This document shows positions 1-10,381 of a stretch of 64,000 nt of DNA, in pieces; within the stretch, counting starts at the first letter, position 1, and the number at the start of each line of letters is the position of its first letter. Location of the stretch: NCBI GenBank assembly GCA_963663765.2, contig CAXXUA010000005.1, forward strand, positions 896,001 to 960,000, written 5' to 3'. The stretch comes from Candidatus Poribacteria bacterium. GTDB taxonomy: Bacteria; Poribacteria; WGA-4E; WGA-3G. Below the pieces are notes generated by a model. The model was given only the letters and a program-made list of their open reading frames with translations, was not told where the DNA came from and made no database searches. Both the position numbers and the translations under genes were made by a program.

Positions 1-39
1 GATTTCCAATCCTGTTTTTCCATAAGTGAGATATTCCAT
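1..39 (-). CDS. Aldo/keto reductase, 5' end only (runs off the window)
   Basis: Reverse strand reads MEYLTYGKTGLEI, a typical AKR N-terminus; purine-rich RBS-like sequence upstream; not in the ORF track. Confidence 0.65.
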   Translation of the reverse strand, partial: MEYLTYGKTGLEI

Positions 40-202
40 GCCTGCCCCCATATTGTTAGATGTCTTCCATACACGTCAGATAGTTGGTCAAGTTAACATA
101 CATTACATAAATTTGATAAAAAATGCAACACTTTTTTCTGGCAACAAAACGGTTGATAAGGTATTATCTCATAAACATCTGACCAGATAGCATAACATCA
201 TT

Positions 203-1363
203 ATGAAACTTACTGGACGTACCATTTTTGAAAACAGACCAATTGAAATTTCGTTTGCAAATAACAGTGTTCAATCCATACAAGAGATCACATCTACTGA
301 CAGTAATACATGCAGTAATACATGGATTGCGCCAGCATTGATAGACCTGCAAGTGAACGGTTTCGCAGGGTTTGACCTTAACGTCGCTACTGTCACAGCA
401 GCAGACGTGTGTGCGATGGTGCGCGCACTATGGCAGGTTGGGACGGGGTTCTTATGTCCAACAGTGGTGACAGCATCTAATGTAGATACCAACAACGGTC
501 TACGTGCAATTGTAAAAGCATGTAAGAAAAATAAAGTAATTGATCACTCTATACTTGGTATCCATCTTGAAGGTCCTTACATTTCAGCAGAAGATGGACC
601 GCGTGGTGCACATCCGAAAGAACACGTTAGAGATCCCAATTGGAACGAATTTCAACAGTGGCAGGAGATCGCAGAAGGTGCGATCCACATCGTAACCCTT
701 GCACCTGAAAGAAAGGGTGCGATTCCGTTTATTGAGAAGTTGGTTGCAAGTGGGGTAGTCGTAGCAATAGGACATACGAATGCTTCAGTAGAAGACATAC
801 GTGATGCAGTTAGGGCAGGTGCTAAACTCTCTACACATCTTGGCAACGGTGCACACGCACTCATCCCGCGTCACCCTAACTATATTTGGGAACAACTTGG
901 TGCAGATGAGCTGTGTGCAAGTCTCATAGTTGATGGACATCACCTCCCACCAGCAGTTGTCAAGTCAATGATGCGCGCTAAAACGTTGGATAGATGTGTT
1001 CTCATCAGTGATGCTACAGCGTTAGCGGGAATGCCTACCGGAGCATACCAGTTCGCTGGACAATCGGTAGAGTTGAGTGCTGATCGGTGCGTCCGTCTAA
1101 CTGGCACTGAGTATCTTGCGGGTTCTGCCATTGAGTTAGCGCGAGGTATTGAGAATAGTGTGCGATTTGCTGGTATTTCACTGACAGATGCAGTTTCATT
1201 GGCAACACGTAACCCCGCGCGTTTGCTTGGCTTGGATGAAAAACTTGACACCATCACAGAAAGTAGCACAACCGATCTGATTATATTTGAATGGGATGAT
1301 AAGACTTGCGAAATTGAGTTGATTGCAACGATTTTGGATAGACAATTGGTTTATAATTTGTAG
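203..1363 (+). CDS. nagA: N-acetylglucosamine-6-phosphate deacetylase
   Basis: PALIDLQVNG, GIHLEGPYI, TLAPE, GHT, THLGNG and DGHHL motifs. Confidence 0.9.
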   Translation: MKLTGRTIFENRPIEISFANNSVQSIQEITSTDSNTCSNTWIAPALIDLQVNGFAGFDLNVATVTAADVCAMVRALWQVGTGFLCPTVVTASNVDTNNGLRAIVKACKKNKVIDHSILGIHLEGPYISAEDGPRGAHPKEHVRDPNWNEFQQWQEIAEGAIHIVTLAPERKGAIPFIEKLVASGVVVAIGHTNASVEDIRDAVRAGAKLSTHLGNGAHALIPRHPNYIWEQLGADELCASLIVDGHHLPPAVVKSMMRAKTLDRCVLISDATALAGMPTGAYQFAGQSVELSADRCVRLTGTEYLAGSAIELARGIENSVRFAGISLTDAVSLATRNPARLLGLDEKLDTITESSTTDLIIFEWDDKTCEIELIATILDRQLVYNL

Positions 1364-1387
1364 AAAGATTATTAATTTCTCTTTTTC

Positions 1388-1416
1388 TTGATTATTTCAT
1401 CTTTTCATTATATAAT
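1388..1416 (+). promoter_or_regulatory. Sigma70-like promoter of the Rpn gene, probably leaderless
   Basis: TTGATT-17 bp-TATAAT; ATG 1423 follows 6 nt after the -10 box; no SD. Confidence 0.6.
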
Positions 1417-1422
1417 ACATAT

Positions 1423-2382
1423 ATGGCACAAGACTACGATAATATGGCGAAAAATCTGTTAACAGATTATGCCACCGATATCTCTCAGTTTGTCCTCGGC
1501 GTGACAGACGTTGAAGTGATCGAAAACATTGATACAGAACAGCAAATAATCGTTGGACAACGCACTGATAGCACCAAACGTATTCGTGTAAATAATCAAG
1601 ACGCAATTTTACACATTGAATTGCAGCTTCGTGATAGCACGCAAAAACCGATGTGGGCACGAAACGCAGCTTATCACGGTTACCTTGTTGGTGAACATCA
1701 GTTACCTGTTTATTCTAATGTTATTTATTTTCACCCGAATGCGGGAAGAAACGACACTGGAATTTACAAATATAGTTGGCAAGGTTATGAGTATAAGTTA
1801 CAGTATAAGGTGATCAGACTTTCTAAGATAGAAGGCCAAACGATCTTGGAAAAGCAGACCCCCGGATTGCTACCGTTCCTGCCGCTTATGAAACCCAAAA
1901 CAGGAATGGATACAGAAAAGTGGGTTCAAGATTGTATTGATGCGGCAATTGCTGTCTCAACTGATCAACAGATGCAAAGCGATTTGCTCTGTGCTATATC
2001 TCTCTTTGGAAGTATAGTCCATGATGCTGAACTCTTCAAAAGACTCATATCGGAGGAAATCATGCAAGAATCTAAATATTACCAATTGCTTCGTGAACAA
2101 TTCATTGCACAAGGCATTGAACAAGGCATTGAACAAGGCATTGAAAAAGGCATTGAAAAAGGCATTGAAAAAGGCATTGAACAAGGCATTGAAAAAGGGG
2201 CAAGGAATACTACAATTAGACACATTTTAGCATTGCTTGAAAGCAAATTTTCTGAAGATGCTGTCAGAAACATATCTGCCAAAGTTGAAAGTATAGATGA
2301 TTTACAACGATTGGAAGAGCTGCTTATTACCGCATCAAAGGTGCAAAATCTTGATACTTTCCTAAATATGCTGGAAATATAA
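1423..2382 (+). CDS. Rpn/YhgA-like recombination-promoting nuclease (PD-(D/E)XK) with GIE(Q/K) linker and DUF4351-like C-terminal domain
   Basis: N-terminal YD..K, RTD...HIELQ nuclease core, LLPFLPLM, ESKYYQ, 12-bp GIEQ/GIEK repeats; internal GGAGG-N5-ATG at 2062. Confidence 0.85.
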   Translation: MAQDYDNMAKNLLTDYATDISQFVLGVTDVEVIENIDTEQQIIVGQRTDSTKRIRVNNQDAILHIELQLRDSTQKPMWARNAAYHGYLVGEHQLPVYSNVIYFHPNAGRNDTGIYKYSWQGYEYKLQYKVIRLSKIEGQTILEKQTPGLLPFLPLMKPKTGMDTEKWVQDCIDAAIAVSTDQQMQSDLLCAISLFGSIVHDAELFKRLISEEIMQESKYYQLLREQFIAQGIEQGIEQGIEKGIEKGIEKGIEQGIEKGARNTTIRHILALLESKFSEDAVRNISAKVESIDDLQRLEELLITASKVQNLDTFLNMLEI

Positions 2383-2398
2383 CAATCTGTTATAAAAC

Positions 2399-2499
2399 TA
2401 CAGCGTATCTCATAAATGCGATTTTGTCCAAATTCACAGGATCGTGTGTCTGGTAATCGGGGTGAGGAACCCCTCCTACCATTTATGAGATAGGTTGTA
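2399..2499. mobile_element. MITE family G (about 101 bp) containing a GTAG REP-like hairpin
   Basis: TIRs tacagcgtatctcataaat / atttatgagataggttgta; related inverted copy at 35494-35595. Confidence 0.7.
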
Positions 2500-2549
2500 T
2501 CGTTCTCAGTAAAGAACCATGAACAATCTATGTGAGCGCGCAGGAAATC

Positions 2550-2846
2550 ATGCAAGAATCTAAATATTACCAACTGCTCCGTGAACAATTCATTGCACAA
2601 GGCATTGAACAAGGCATTGAACAAGGCATTGAACAAGGCATTGCACAAGGCATTGAACAAGGGGCAAGGAATACTACAATTAGACACATTTTAGCATTGC
2701 TTGAAAGCAAATTTTCCGAAGATGCTGTCAGAAACATATCTGCCAAAGTTGAAAGTATAGATGATTTACAACGATTGGAAGAACTACACTCCGCAGCATC
2801 AAATGTACAAAATCTTGATACTTTCCTAAATATACTGGATGTGTAA
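2550..2846 (+). CDS. Stand-alone copy of the Rpn C-terminal domain (98 aa, putative RpnS-type antitoxin)
   Basis: Near-identical to 2062-2382; homology starts at the RBS and internal ATG (AGGAAATC-ATG); two fewer 12-bp repeats and a diverged tail. Confidence 0.7.
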   Translation: MQESKYYQLLREQFIAQGIEQGIEQGIEQGIAQGIEQGARNTTIRHILALLESKFSEDAVRNISAKVESIDDLQRLEELHSAASNVQNLDTFLNILDV

Positions 2847-2865
2847 CACACAGAGATAATTATGC

Positions 2866-3609
2866 TTACGCCTTTTTGTGGCAGATCATTGCAGTGATCC
2901 AACAGAAACGTTTAAGTAAAGGCAACAGACGTAATAATCTTCTATCAATCCATTTGAGAAATTGGAGAGACCACCGATAGAAAACGGGAATTGGAATTAT
3001 CCTTTTCCAAAACAGCGCACCTAAAGAGAGGAGATGGAATTCACGGTGTTCCATCTCCTCAAAGTATTTGCCGATTGCTTCAATATCAGGAATGGCGAAA
3101 TAATGTAACTCGCGAGAGTATTTGAGAAAAAGTTTGCGATAGAGCCACACGATCGGATGACTCCGCATGTTTTCCATGAAAATCGCTTTCCCACCCGGTT
3201 TGAGAACACGGTTACACTCTTTCGCTGTTTTTGGATGATCGGTGAACACCATCACAGATTTTGAGATGATAAAATCAAATGTATTGTCTGGAAAAGCGAG
3301 TTGAGTGGCATCCATCAAGGAAAAGTCAACTACATCAGCAACATTGTGTTGTGCTGTTCTCTCCTTTGCTTCCTGCAGTCGAAAAGGTAACAAGTCAATA
3401 CCAACAACGGAAGCTCCCTGTTTTGCGAGCAACGTTGCAGTACCACCTGTCCCTGTTCCTAACTCTAGGACCTTTTTCCCTTCCACTATCCCCATTTGGT
3501 GTAGGACATATTCAAAGACAGGTTGATAATAGTCTTCCCACCAGAGTAATAGGTCAGTGTCAACAGTGCAGGTGCTATCTATTGGTTGCGATGCGTCAGG
3601 TTCAGGCAA
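2866..3609 (-). CDS. Class I SAM-dependent methyltransferase
   Basis: VLELGTGTG, MDATQLAFPDNTFDFI, RVLKPGG. Confidence 0.9.
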   Translation of the reverse strand: MPEPDASQPIDSTCTVDTDLLLWWEDYYQPVFEYVLHQMGIVEGKKVLELGTGTGGTATLLAKQGASVVGIDLLPFRLQEAKERTAQHNVADVVDFSLMDATQLAFPDNTFDFIISKSVMVFTDHPKTAKECNRVLKPGGKAIFMENMRSHPIVWLYRKLFLKYSRELHYFAIPDIEAIGKYFEEMEHREFHLLSLGALFWKRIIPIPVFYRWSLQFLKWIDRRLLRLLPLLKRFCWITAMICHKKA

Positions 3610-3611
3610 AC

Positions 3612-4370
3612 CTATATCTTCCCCATTTTCCGTAGGTTTTCAATACATTTCTCTGCACATTCCAGTGGTGGATAAGCATAACTTTCCTGCTCAACGACGT
3701 ACCACTCGGTGCCACCGACGGTTTCGCATGCTTCAAATACATCATCCCAAGGTATATCACCTTCTCCGACAAGTGCCTTGTTGTTCGTTGCGGAGTATTC
3801 TTTCACGTGTACGAGTTTTGATCTGTTAGGGTACCGTTCAATGTATGTAACGTTATCTGCACCAGCGCGAAGCACGTGACCAGTGTCAATTTGTAGCACA
3901 ACATCTTCTCGCGTATTACTAGCGAATATATCCCATGGCACTTCTCCATCCAGAGGTTTGAATTCACCCGTATGGTTATGGTAGCCAGTGAACATGCCTT
4001 GGTCAGATATTTTTTCTGTAATTTCGTTGAAAACCTTTGCTGTGTTTCGCCATGCTTCCAGTGAGTTGCTGTACTCCCCTCCCAATCCTGGCACAATCAG
4101 ATAGGGGTTGCCGAGGATTTTGTTGAATTCCACTGTCTTGGCGAGTTGATCGCCAAGGAGTGTATTGATCCCAGTATGTGTGCCAACAACCTTTAAATCA
4201 AGGTCATCACACATACCACGTAACTCTTCTGCTGATCGGTCATAGTATCCAGCAAATTCAACGCCTTCATATCCCATCTGTGCAACTGCTTGTAGTGCAA
4301 GGGATAGGTCTTTTGCACAATCTTCTCTAATAGAATATAGTTGTAATGCTATCGGTATTCTTTCGTTCAA
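3612..4370 (-). CDS. Sugar phosphate isomerase/epimerase (TIM barrel)
   Basis: LQLYSIR, GYEGVEFAG, YHNH, QIDTGH, VHVK, VVEQE. Confidence 0.88.
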   Translation of the reverse strand: MNERIPIALQLYSIREDCAKDLSLALQAVAQMGYEGVEFAGYYDRSAEELRGMCDDLDLKVVGTHTGINTLLGDQLAKTVEFNKILGNPYLIVPGLGGEYSNSLEAWRNTAKVFNEITEKISDQGMFTGYHNHTGEFKPLDGEVPWDIFASNTREDVVLQIDTGHVLRAGADNVTYIERYPNRSKLVHVKEYSATNNKALVGEGDIPWDDVFEACETVGGTEWYVVEQESYAYPPLECAEKCIENLRKMGKI

Positions 4371-4437
4371 TTAGGTTCTCCTTATTTGAAGTTGGTTTGC
4401 GAAAAGCTTCCAAGAAATTATATAAATAATCTTCTAT

Positions 4438-5466
4438 CTACGTCATCGGCAAGTTGACAACTTTACCACTATCTGCGGAGACTAAACCTGCTTCCAAGAT
4501 TTCTTGTGCGTCACGACTTATGTATGGGCAGCACAAACCATCTATCGGTTCTTCAGTTTCTATACAGTGAATGAAGTATTCAGCGGCATTCCGTTTACCT
4601 TCTGGAAGTGGATCGGGATCAATAACTTTCGCATCACTACCAGCAGGACTCAGGTTTACTTGGTTGCCGGTTACAGTTAATGCACCTTCTGTGCCGTAGA
4701 CCACAGGATTTGGTGTAACATAACCTGTTTTTTGTGTCCACGATGCTTCGGTGATACCGAATGCGTTGCCGTATTTCATTAGGATAACAGCATTGTCATC
4801 GGGAAGCGGATAGTCTTTGACAAAGGTGCCGCGAAAGGCAGTTACCTGCTCTGGCTTTCCCAGTAGATAAGCGCACATGTCTGCACAATAGCAGCAGTAA
4901 TCCATTAATGCACCTGCGCCGTTTTTCTCTTCATCGTACAGCCATTCGTAGAAGTAGCGAGAACAACCGATCTCTTTTGGACCGTTGTGTGCTGAACGCC
5001 ATTTGAAATAGAAGACATCACCGATTGCACCATCTTGGATAAGTTTTATGGTAGTATTCAGTGCGGGGCTCCATGCAGTGGGCCAATTGATCATAAGATA
5101 AGTGCCAGCATCCTGTGATGCCTTGAGCATTCGGTCCGCTTGCGCAAGTCGGGCTGCCATAGGTTTTTCTGAAACGACGTGCATGCCTTTTGCTGCTGCA
5201 GCTTCAACAATCTCTGCTCCCGCGTTGTTTTCTGCACATGCCTGAACGATGTCCAATTCCTCTTTTTCCAATAGTTCCTGCCATGAGTCGTAGACGGTAT
5301 CGACACCACTTGCTGCTTTGAATTGGTCGCGTAATTCCACGTTGACATCGCCTGCACCGACGATCTCAACATTTGGGTGTGCTTTCCAACGGTTCAACTC
5401 GCCCCACACATGGTCATGTACGAGTGAAGCAAAGCCAACGCGATAAGTTTTTGCCATAAGGTTCAT
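4438..5466 (-). CDS. Gfo/Idh/MocA family oxidoreductase
   Basis: HVVSEKPMA, GAGALMDY. Confidence 0.88.
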   Translation of the reverse strand: MNLMAKTYRVGFASLVHDHVWGELNRWKAHPNVEIVGAGDVNVELRDQFKAASGVDTVYDSWQELLEKEELDIVQACAENNAGAEIVEAAAAKGMHVVSEKPMAARLAQADRMLKASQDAGTYLMINWPTAWSPALNTTIKLIQDGAIGDVFYFKWRSAHNGPKEIGCSRYFYEWLYDEEKNGAGALMDYCCYCADMCAYLLGKPEQVTAFRGTFVKDYPLPDDNAVILMKYGNAFGITEASWTQKTGYVTPNPVVYGTEGALTVTGNQVNLSPAGSDAKVIDPDPLPEGKRNAAEYFIHCIETEEPIDGLCCPYISRDAQEILEAGLVSADSGKVVNLPMT

Positions 5467-5492
5467 CTCCAGTATTTAAAATTTTGTTTTGT

Positions 5493-6545
5493 TTAATCTT
5501 CTGCGCGAACTGCAATTTTTATTGCTGTTTCGCCGTTCAGACGGTATCCACCGTCAAGTGCCTTAAATCCATCTTTAACTTGTGAAAGCGGTATCTGGTG
5601 GCTGACCATGTCAGCAAAAGGTAAATCACTCTTTTCAAGGAGCGGAAGTCCACGCACAAAGTGCTCGTATTGACTTCCCCAGATCGCCTCAACACGAAGG
5701 TTTTTGCGCATAAGTAGTTGGTTGATATTGAAATCAATTGACCCCATATCCACAAAGTGTCCGACTTCAACAAAAGTGCCGCTACGTCGTGTGTAACCTA
5801 AGCCTTCTGGTGTTGCGGGTAGGAAACCTGCACATTCAAAGACAACATCTGCACCGCCTTTTCGAGGTGTTTCTGCTTTCACAAGTTCTGTCCGTTCTTC
5901 TGCTGTGGTAACTTCCTCGATATCAATAGTGACATCCGCCCCGAACCGTTTTGCCAGTTCCAACCGACCAGCAGGACCACCGACCATGATGATCTTTCCG
6001 GCACCGCTCAGCTTAGCACAAGCAAGCGTTACCAAACCGATGGCACCGGACCCCTGCACAACGACGGTATCCCCGAGTTGGATCTCTCCGCGCATCACAG
6101 CGTGTACACCGACAGTAAAAGGCTCAACAAGCACAGCAATCTCCGGTGATGCATCTGTTTTCATAAAACAGGTATTCGGGTAGGTGAGGTACATATAGTC
6201 AGCAAAACCTCCACGGAAATGTGGGGCTTCATCAGGATTCCATTGAAAACCGTAGCCACCGTAGTTAGTACCAGGTGCAAAGATAATCCTATCTCCCTCT
6301 TTGACCGGCTTACCTACGTAATCTTTTTCAACACCGTCACCTATCGCTTCAACGATACCGACATTTTCATGACCTAACAGGATCTCCTTTTGGAAACCGT
6401 TTTGCCAGTTGTGAAGGTCGGTGCCGCAGATACCAGACAACTCTTGACGTAGCAGGAGTGTGTTAGGGGCGGGTTCTGGCACCGGATATTCACGAATCTC
6501 AAAGTCTTTGCCGTACGCAACGACGGCTCTCCCTGTTCGGGGCAT
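5493..6545 (-). CDS. Zinc-binding alcohol dehydrogenase (MDR family)
   Basis: GICGTDLH, LLGHE, GSGAIG; lacks the 4-Cys structural zinc lobe. Confidence 0.88.
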   Translation of the reverse strand: MPRTGRAVVAYGKDFEIREYPVPEPAPNTLLLRQELSGICGTDLHNWQNGFQKEILLGHENVGIVEAIGDGVEKDYVGKPVKEGDRIIFAPGTNYGGYGFQWNPDEAPHFRGGFADYMYLTYPNTCFMKTDASPEIAVLVEPFTVGVHAVMRGEIQLGDTVVVQGSGAIGLVTLACAKLSGAGKIIMVGGPAGRLELAKRFGADVTIDIEEVTTAEERTELVKAETPRKGGADVVFECAGFLPATPEGLGYTRRSGTFVEVGHFVDMGSIDFNINQLLMRKNLRVEAIWGSQYEHFVRGLPLLEKSDLPFADMVSHQIPLSQVKDGFKALDGGYRLNGETAIKIAVRAED

Positions 6546-6610
6546 AGTTCACTCCTATATTAGTGTGAGGTAACAGCTGACATGTCAACCACGTCCTCAC
6601 ATATTTTATT

Positions 6611-6767
6611 CAGGACTTACGCAGTTTTCATGATTTGATGAAGAATTATGACGAAAATGGTGTAATATTCAGCATTTTTTCGGTTTCCAGCGCCAAATCA
6701 ACGGTATGAATGCCTTTTGGCATTCCCCGACTACAAAGCGCGCCTACCGTTGGGTGCGTAAGTCCTG
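6611..6767. mobile_element. MITE family F carrying mini-element D (6694-6729)
   Basis: 13-bp TIR caggacttacgca / tgcgtaagtcctg; flanking ttatt repeat; second copy at 13371-13603. Confidence 0.75.
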
Positions 6768-6794
6768 TTATTATACCAACGTAATCGGGTATTC

Positions 6795-7079
6795 CTAATA
6801 TCTTCGTTTCTTCCGCGAAAGGATTATAAATATGAGGATAATCCCGCCGATGGTAATCCACAACCAATTATTTTTGAAAAAATCAAAGAATATGTTAAAT
6901 GCGATCCAAGCACCAACTTCAATAACAACTATTAGTATCGTCTTACCCCATGGAAAATCTGCATTATGTTGTTTACGTAACCTATCAGCAAATAACCATG
7001 AAATACCTAATGTGCCAACAACCACCACAAAAAATAGCAAATGAACGATGCCTTGGATGCCGCTCAAAAGTGCGTACAT
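6795..7079 (-). CDS. Small hypothetical membrane protein
   Basis: About three hydrophobic helices, basic C-terminus, AGGAG RBS upstream. Confidence 0.7.
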   Translation of the reverse strand: MYALLSGIQGIVHLLFFVVVVGTLGISWLFADRLRKQHNADFPWGKTILIVVIEVGAWIAFNIFFDFFKNNWLWITIGGIILIFIILSRKKRRY

Positions 7080-7163
7080 GTTTTTTCTCCTCTTTAGGTT
7101 TTGTTATAATAGAGTCACCATATCATAAAAAGATAGTGATACGTGCTGACACTAAAAAATCAT

Positions 7164-8012
7164 CTATTGATTGTGGATACGGTCAGGATGACTATAAACC
7201 GCCATACGTTCTCCTCGCATGAAACCGACTAACGTGAGATTTCCTTCATCTGCTAAGTCAACGGCAAGTGTAGAAGCAGCAGAAACGGCGGCAATGATAG
7301 GGATCCGAGCAAATAGTGCTTTTTGCACAATTTCAAAACTTGCACGTCCACTCACCATCAGAATGTGCTTTTCAAGAGGTAACATCTCCGATAGCAATGC
7401 TTGTCCGATAACCTTATCAACAGCATTATGCCTACCAATATCCTCTCTGACAATGAGAAGTTCACCATCTTCGTCAAAAAGCCCCGCTGCATGCAGTCCA
7501 CCTGTCTTTTCAAATACTGATTGTGCTGCACGTAACCGATCATTGAGTTTGTAAAACACACTTTGGTTTAATCGGAAAACAGAATTTATTGGATCGACTT
7601 GGAGTTTAACGGATTCAATTGTCATTTTACCGCAAAGTCCGCAGCTTGCATTTGCATGAAAGTTGCGCTGCCACCCTTGTTTCTCAAGGTCCAATCCGTG
7701 GACTAAACGCACATTGACGATATTTTGCATATTCGCAGAAAAATCATTCTGTTCGTTAGTTTTTGTTGTGGCATTATCATCTTCGCAATAGGCTATAATT
7801 TCAATGTCGTCTACGGATTTGATAAGACTTTCTGTATAAAGGAACCCCGCAGCAAGTTCAAAATCATGTCCAGGTGTTCGCATCACGACGATTAGACTCT
7901 GTTCTCCTACACGAATTTCAAGGGGTTCTTCAACAACTAATTCATCTTCAGCGCATGTCGGTTCTGATTGATGCCAGCGAGTCACCTGTTTTGTGCATGT
8001 TTGTTGTTGCAT
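7164..8012 (-). CDS. fdhD: Formate dehydrogenase accessory sulfurtransferase
   Basis: VEEPLEI, MRTPG, ASCGLCG, TGGLHAAG, EDIGRHNAVDK, SGRASFE. Confidence 0.95.
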   Translation of the reverse strand: MQQQTCTKQVTRWHQSEPTCAEDELVVEEPLEIRVGEQSLIVVMRTPGHDFELAAGFLYTESLIKSVDDIEIIAYCEDDNATTKTNEQNDFSANMQNIVNVRLVHGLDLEKQGWQRNFHANASCGLCGKMTIESVKLQVDPINSVFRLNQSVFYKLNDRLRAAQSVFEKTGGLHAAGLFDEDGELLIVREDIGRHNAVDKVIGQALLSEMLPLEKHILMVSGRASFEIVQKALFARIPIIAAVSAASTLAVDLADEGNLTLVGFMRGERMAVYSHPDRIHNQ

Positions 8013-8047
8013 GGTTAGCTAACTGATTTCTGATGTTGTCCAAAATG

Positions 8048-9997
8048 CTATTCTGATGCTTGTGTGACCTTCTGTTTTTCTATCGTCAACATGCCTTTTG
8101 TGGTCCCGATCCAAGCCCGATTCTTGTCAACGACAATACATTGAATTGCCAAGCCTTCTAATGCTATTTTCGGGTATCCGATAGTTCCCTGATATTCACC
8201 GGTGTGCGGATAAAAGATAGCGACATAGTCGTTCACAGCAACCCATAAAATCTGCGGTGTTTGCGCTGGTTCTCCATTTTCCTTATCATCAGGGGGTTGT
8301 GGATTCACCTTACCAACGATGCCAGTCACGTATATATCATCTGCTTCATCCTGTTCCTCAAAACCCTCTACCACAGAGTAAGACATAACACCTGATCCAT
8401 CGGAGTTAGCTCGGAAAAACCCGTTTGTCATGATTTCAGGATTGTACCAAGAAAAAAGCACTTTCTCACCAACGACATCAAATTTGACAATCTGGCTTTC
8501 TTGAGCGATACGTGTAAAGTGTTGAGACTCCCAGAGTCCTATTTTCCGATTAAAAACAGCGATATTGTCACCAGATGTACCAACCCATACGACATCGGGT
8601 GTTAGTGCAATTGTGTGAACATCATTGGGAACCGGGTCGTTTCCATGATAGTGGAACAGTTCACCGTTCTCACGCACCTGCCGAACAACACCAGCATCTG
8701 TGGCGAACCAAATTTCCTCTTTATCTATTTTTATGTCCCGAATCCACATACTGGGTAAACCGTTGTTTAGTGTGTAATTTCGCGTTTGATGCGAATTTTT
8801 ATTAAAATAGATGACCCCTTGATTTCGCGTGCCAACCCATACGCCAGAGTTATCTACTGCAATTGATTGGACATCTGGAACTTTTGGCACACTGTCGTTA
8901 ATCATCCAGGCAGCAGGTTCATTCACTTTCCATGCACCAGTACCTTCAGTTTCGATTTGTGCTATCCCTTTCGGAGTGCCTATCCAGAGAGATGTACCAT
9001 CAACTGCTATGGTTTGAATACTGGGATCGGGTAAATCTTGTATGAAGATGTTCCAAGCACTCGCTTGACGTATTTCATTTGCTTTTTCGGCTATCAAAGG
9101 ATCATCGGTATTTTGCAGGACAACGTTAGCAATGTTAACCGCAAGTCCTCTTTCACCAGCCTGTAAATAGATGATTGCCCGTTTCAGGTGAGCTTCATCA
9201 ACCCACTTGCTTTTAGGATAAATCCTGATGAACTGATGCAAGGTGTTTAGTGCCTTTTCCGTTTCGCCAGTTTCTGCTTGTAATCCCCCAATTAAGTAGA
9301 CAGCTTTCTCATGTTCAGCAACATTAGGAAATTGCGATATTGATTTTTGCAACAACTCAAGTCCCGCAGCTGTATCGTTCAAATTTTCTACCAGCATGAA
9401 TCCTGTCTGGTAGCTAAGACCTCCAGCAGATTGATGTTCAGGATAGTGTTTTAGTATCAATTGGTAGGCGTTAACGGCTTGGATAATATTCTCTGCAGCG
9501 ATCGCAGTTTCTCCAATTTCTCGTAATTTCGGCACAAGGTCATAGTTCTTTGCATCTAACAGAGCAACAGATTTAAAACGTTGCACTGCTTTCTCAATAT
9601 CTCCATCTTTCTTATATAGTAAACCGAGTTGATAATGTGCATCTACAAATTTCGGAGATTCCTCCAACGCCTTCTCGAATTGCCGTTTTGCTAATTCTGG
9701 TGCTTCTAAGTCTAACAGGTCGCGCCCATTCCGATAATTCTTCGTAGCCGCTTGGTCTGGCACATTTTCAAGATCCGAGATAAAACGGAGCGTATGCCCT
9801 TCTAATGGAAACCTTAACACCTGCTCGTTATATTCAATTTCAAAGTGTGTATCTGTAGAGTTACGCCAAAGTCCCGTGAGTCGGTCACCGTTTGGCATCT
9901 CTACGATGACGTATTGCTCACAGTTCGCCGTGCTTGTGAACAGCACAAAAAGCATAATAAGGCATATATAATAAAATCGAAGGTAAGTGTTCTGCAT
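8048..9997 (-). CDS. Exported TPR-repeat protein with C-terminal beta-propeller (two-component regulator propeller-like)
   Basis: Signal peptide; TPR motifs (AHYQLG, YPEH, YPKSKW); repeated WIGT/WVGT/WFAT blades. Confidence 0.75.
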   Translation of the reverse strand: MQNTYLRFYYICLIMLFVLFTSTANCEQYVIVEMPNGDRLTGLWRNSTDTHFEIEYNEQVLRFPLEGHTLRFISDLENVPDQAATKNYRNGRDLLDLEAPELAKRQFEKALEESPKFVDAHYQLGLLYKKDGDIEKAVQRFKSVALLDAKNYDLVPKLREIGETAIAAENIIQAVNAYQLILKHYPEHQSAGGLSYQTGFMLVENLNDTAAGLELLQKSISQFPNVAEHEKAVYLIGGLQAETGETEKALNTLHQFIRIYPKSKWVDEAHLKRAIIYLQAGERGLAVNIANVVLQNTDDPLIAEKANEIRQASAWNIFIQDLPDPSIQTIAVDGTSLWIGTPKGIAQIETEGTGAWKVNEPAAWMINDSVPKVPDVQSIAVDNSGVWVGTRNQGVIYFNKNSHQTRNYTLNNGLPSMWIRDIKIDKEEIWFATDAGVVRQVRENGELFHYHGNDPVPNDVHTIALTPDVVWVGTSGDNIAVFNRKIGLWESQHFTRIAQESQIVKFDVVGEKVLFSWYNPEIMTNGFFRANSDGSGVMSYSVVEGFEEQDEADDIYVTGIVGKVNPQPPDDKENGEPAQTPQILWVAVNDYVAIFYPHTGEYQGTIGYPKIALEGLAIQCIVVDKNRAWIGTTKGMLTIEKQKVTQASE

Positions 9998-10113
9998 AAA
10001 TTTCTCACTAATATCATATTGATAAGTTCAAGGATATATTATCAGAAACAACGAGAAATGTCAAGAACGTTTGGTGTGTTGAGTGTGTAAAGTTTTTGTA
10101 GAAACCCTGATAT

Positions 10114-10283
10114 TATAGTAGATTTTAGAATTATTTTTACACATTCAGGTGTAGGAGGGAACTCCGATTCCCGACTATCAAGGCGTTCAGTCGCGATTCG
10201 GAGATCGAAATCAACGGTATGAATGCCTATTGGCATTCCCCGCCTACAGAACAAGTGTAAACTTAATTGTATATTTCACTATA
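10114..10283. mobile_element. MITE family C inserted at a TA inside element A; contains mini-element D (10208-10242)
   Basis: Imperfect TIR tatagtagattttagaatta / taattgtatatttcactata; unoccupied site reads gatatTAaaagaag in the copy at 51520, so TA is duplicated. Confidence 0.75.
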
Positions 10284-10381
10284 AAAGAAGTATCTAAAGT
10301 TTCTATCAAAGCTTGCTTGACGTAAGGATTCTGTGGACATCGTAGGGGCGAGGTTTCCTCGCATGCGTAAAACCTCTGTTC

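Noticed and set aside
2062-2846. Diversity-generating retroelement TR/VR pair
   Set aside because: Differences are not confined to adenines and there is no reverse transcriptase in the window
1957-2902. Antisense and alternative-frame ORFs with FNAL, KALN or SMPC repeats
   Set aside because: Shadows of the 12-bp GIEQ repeat
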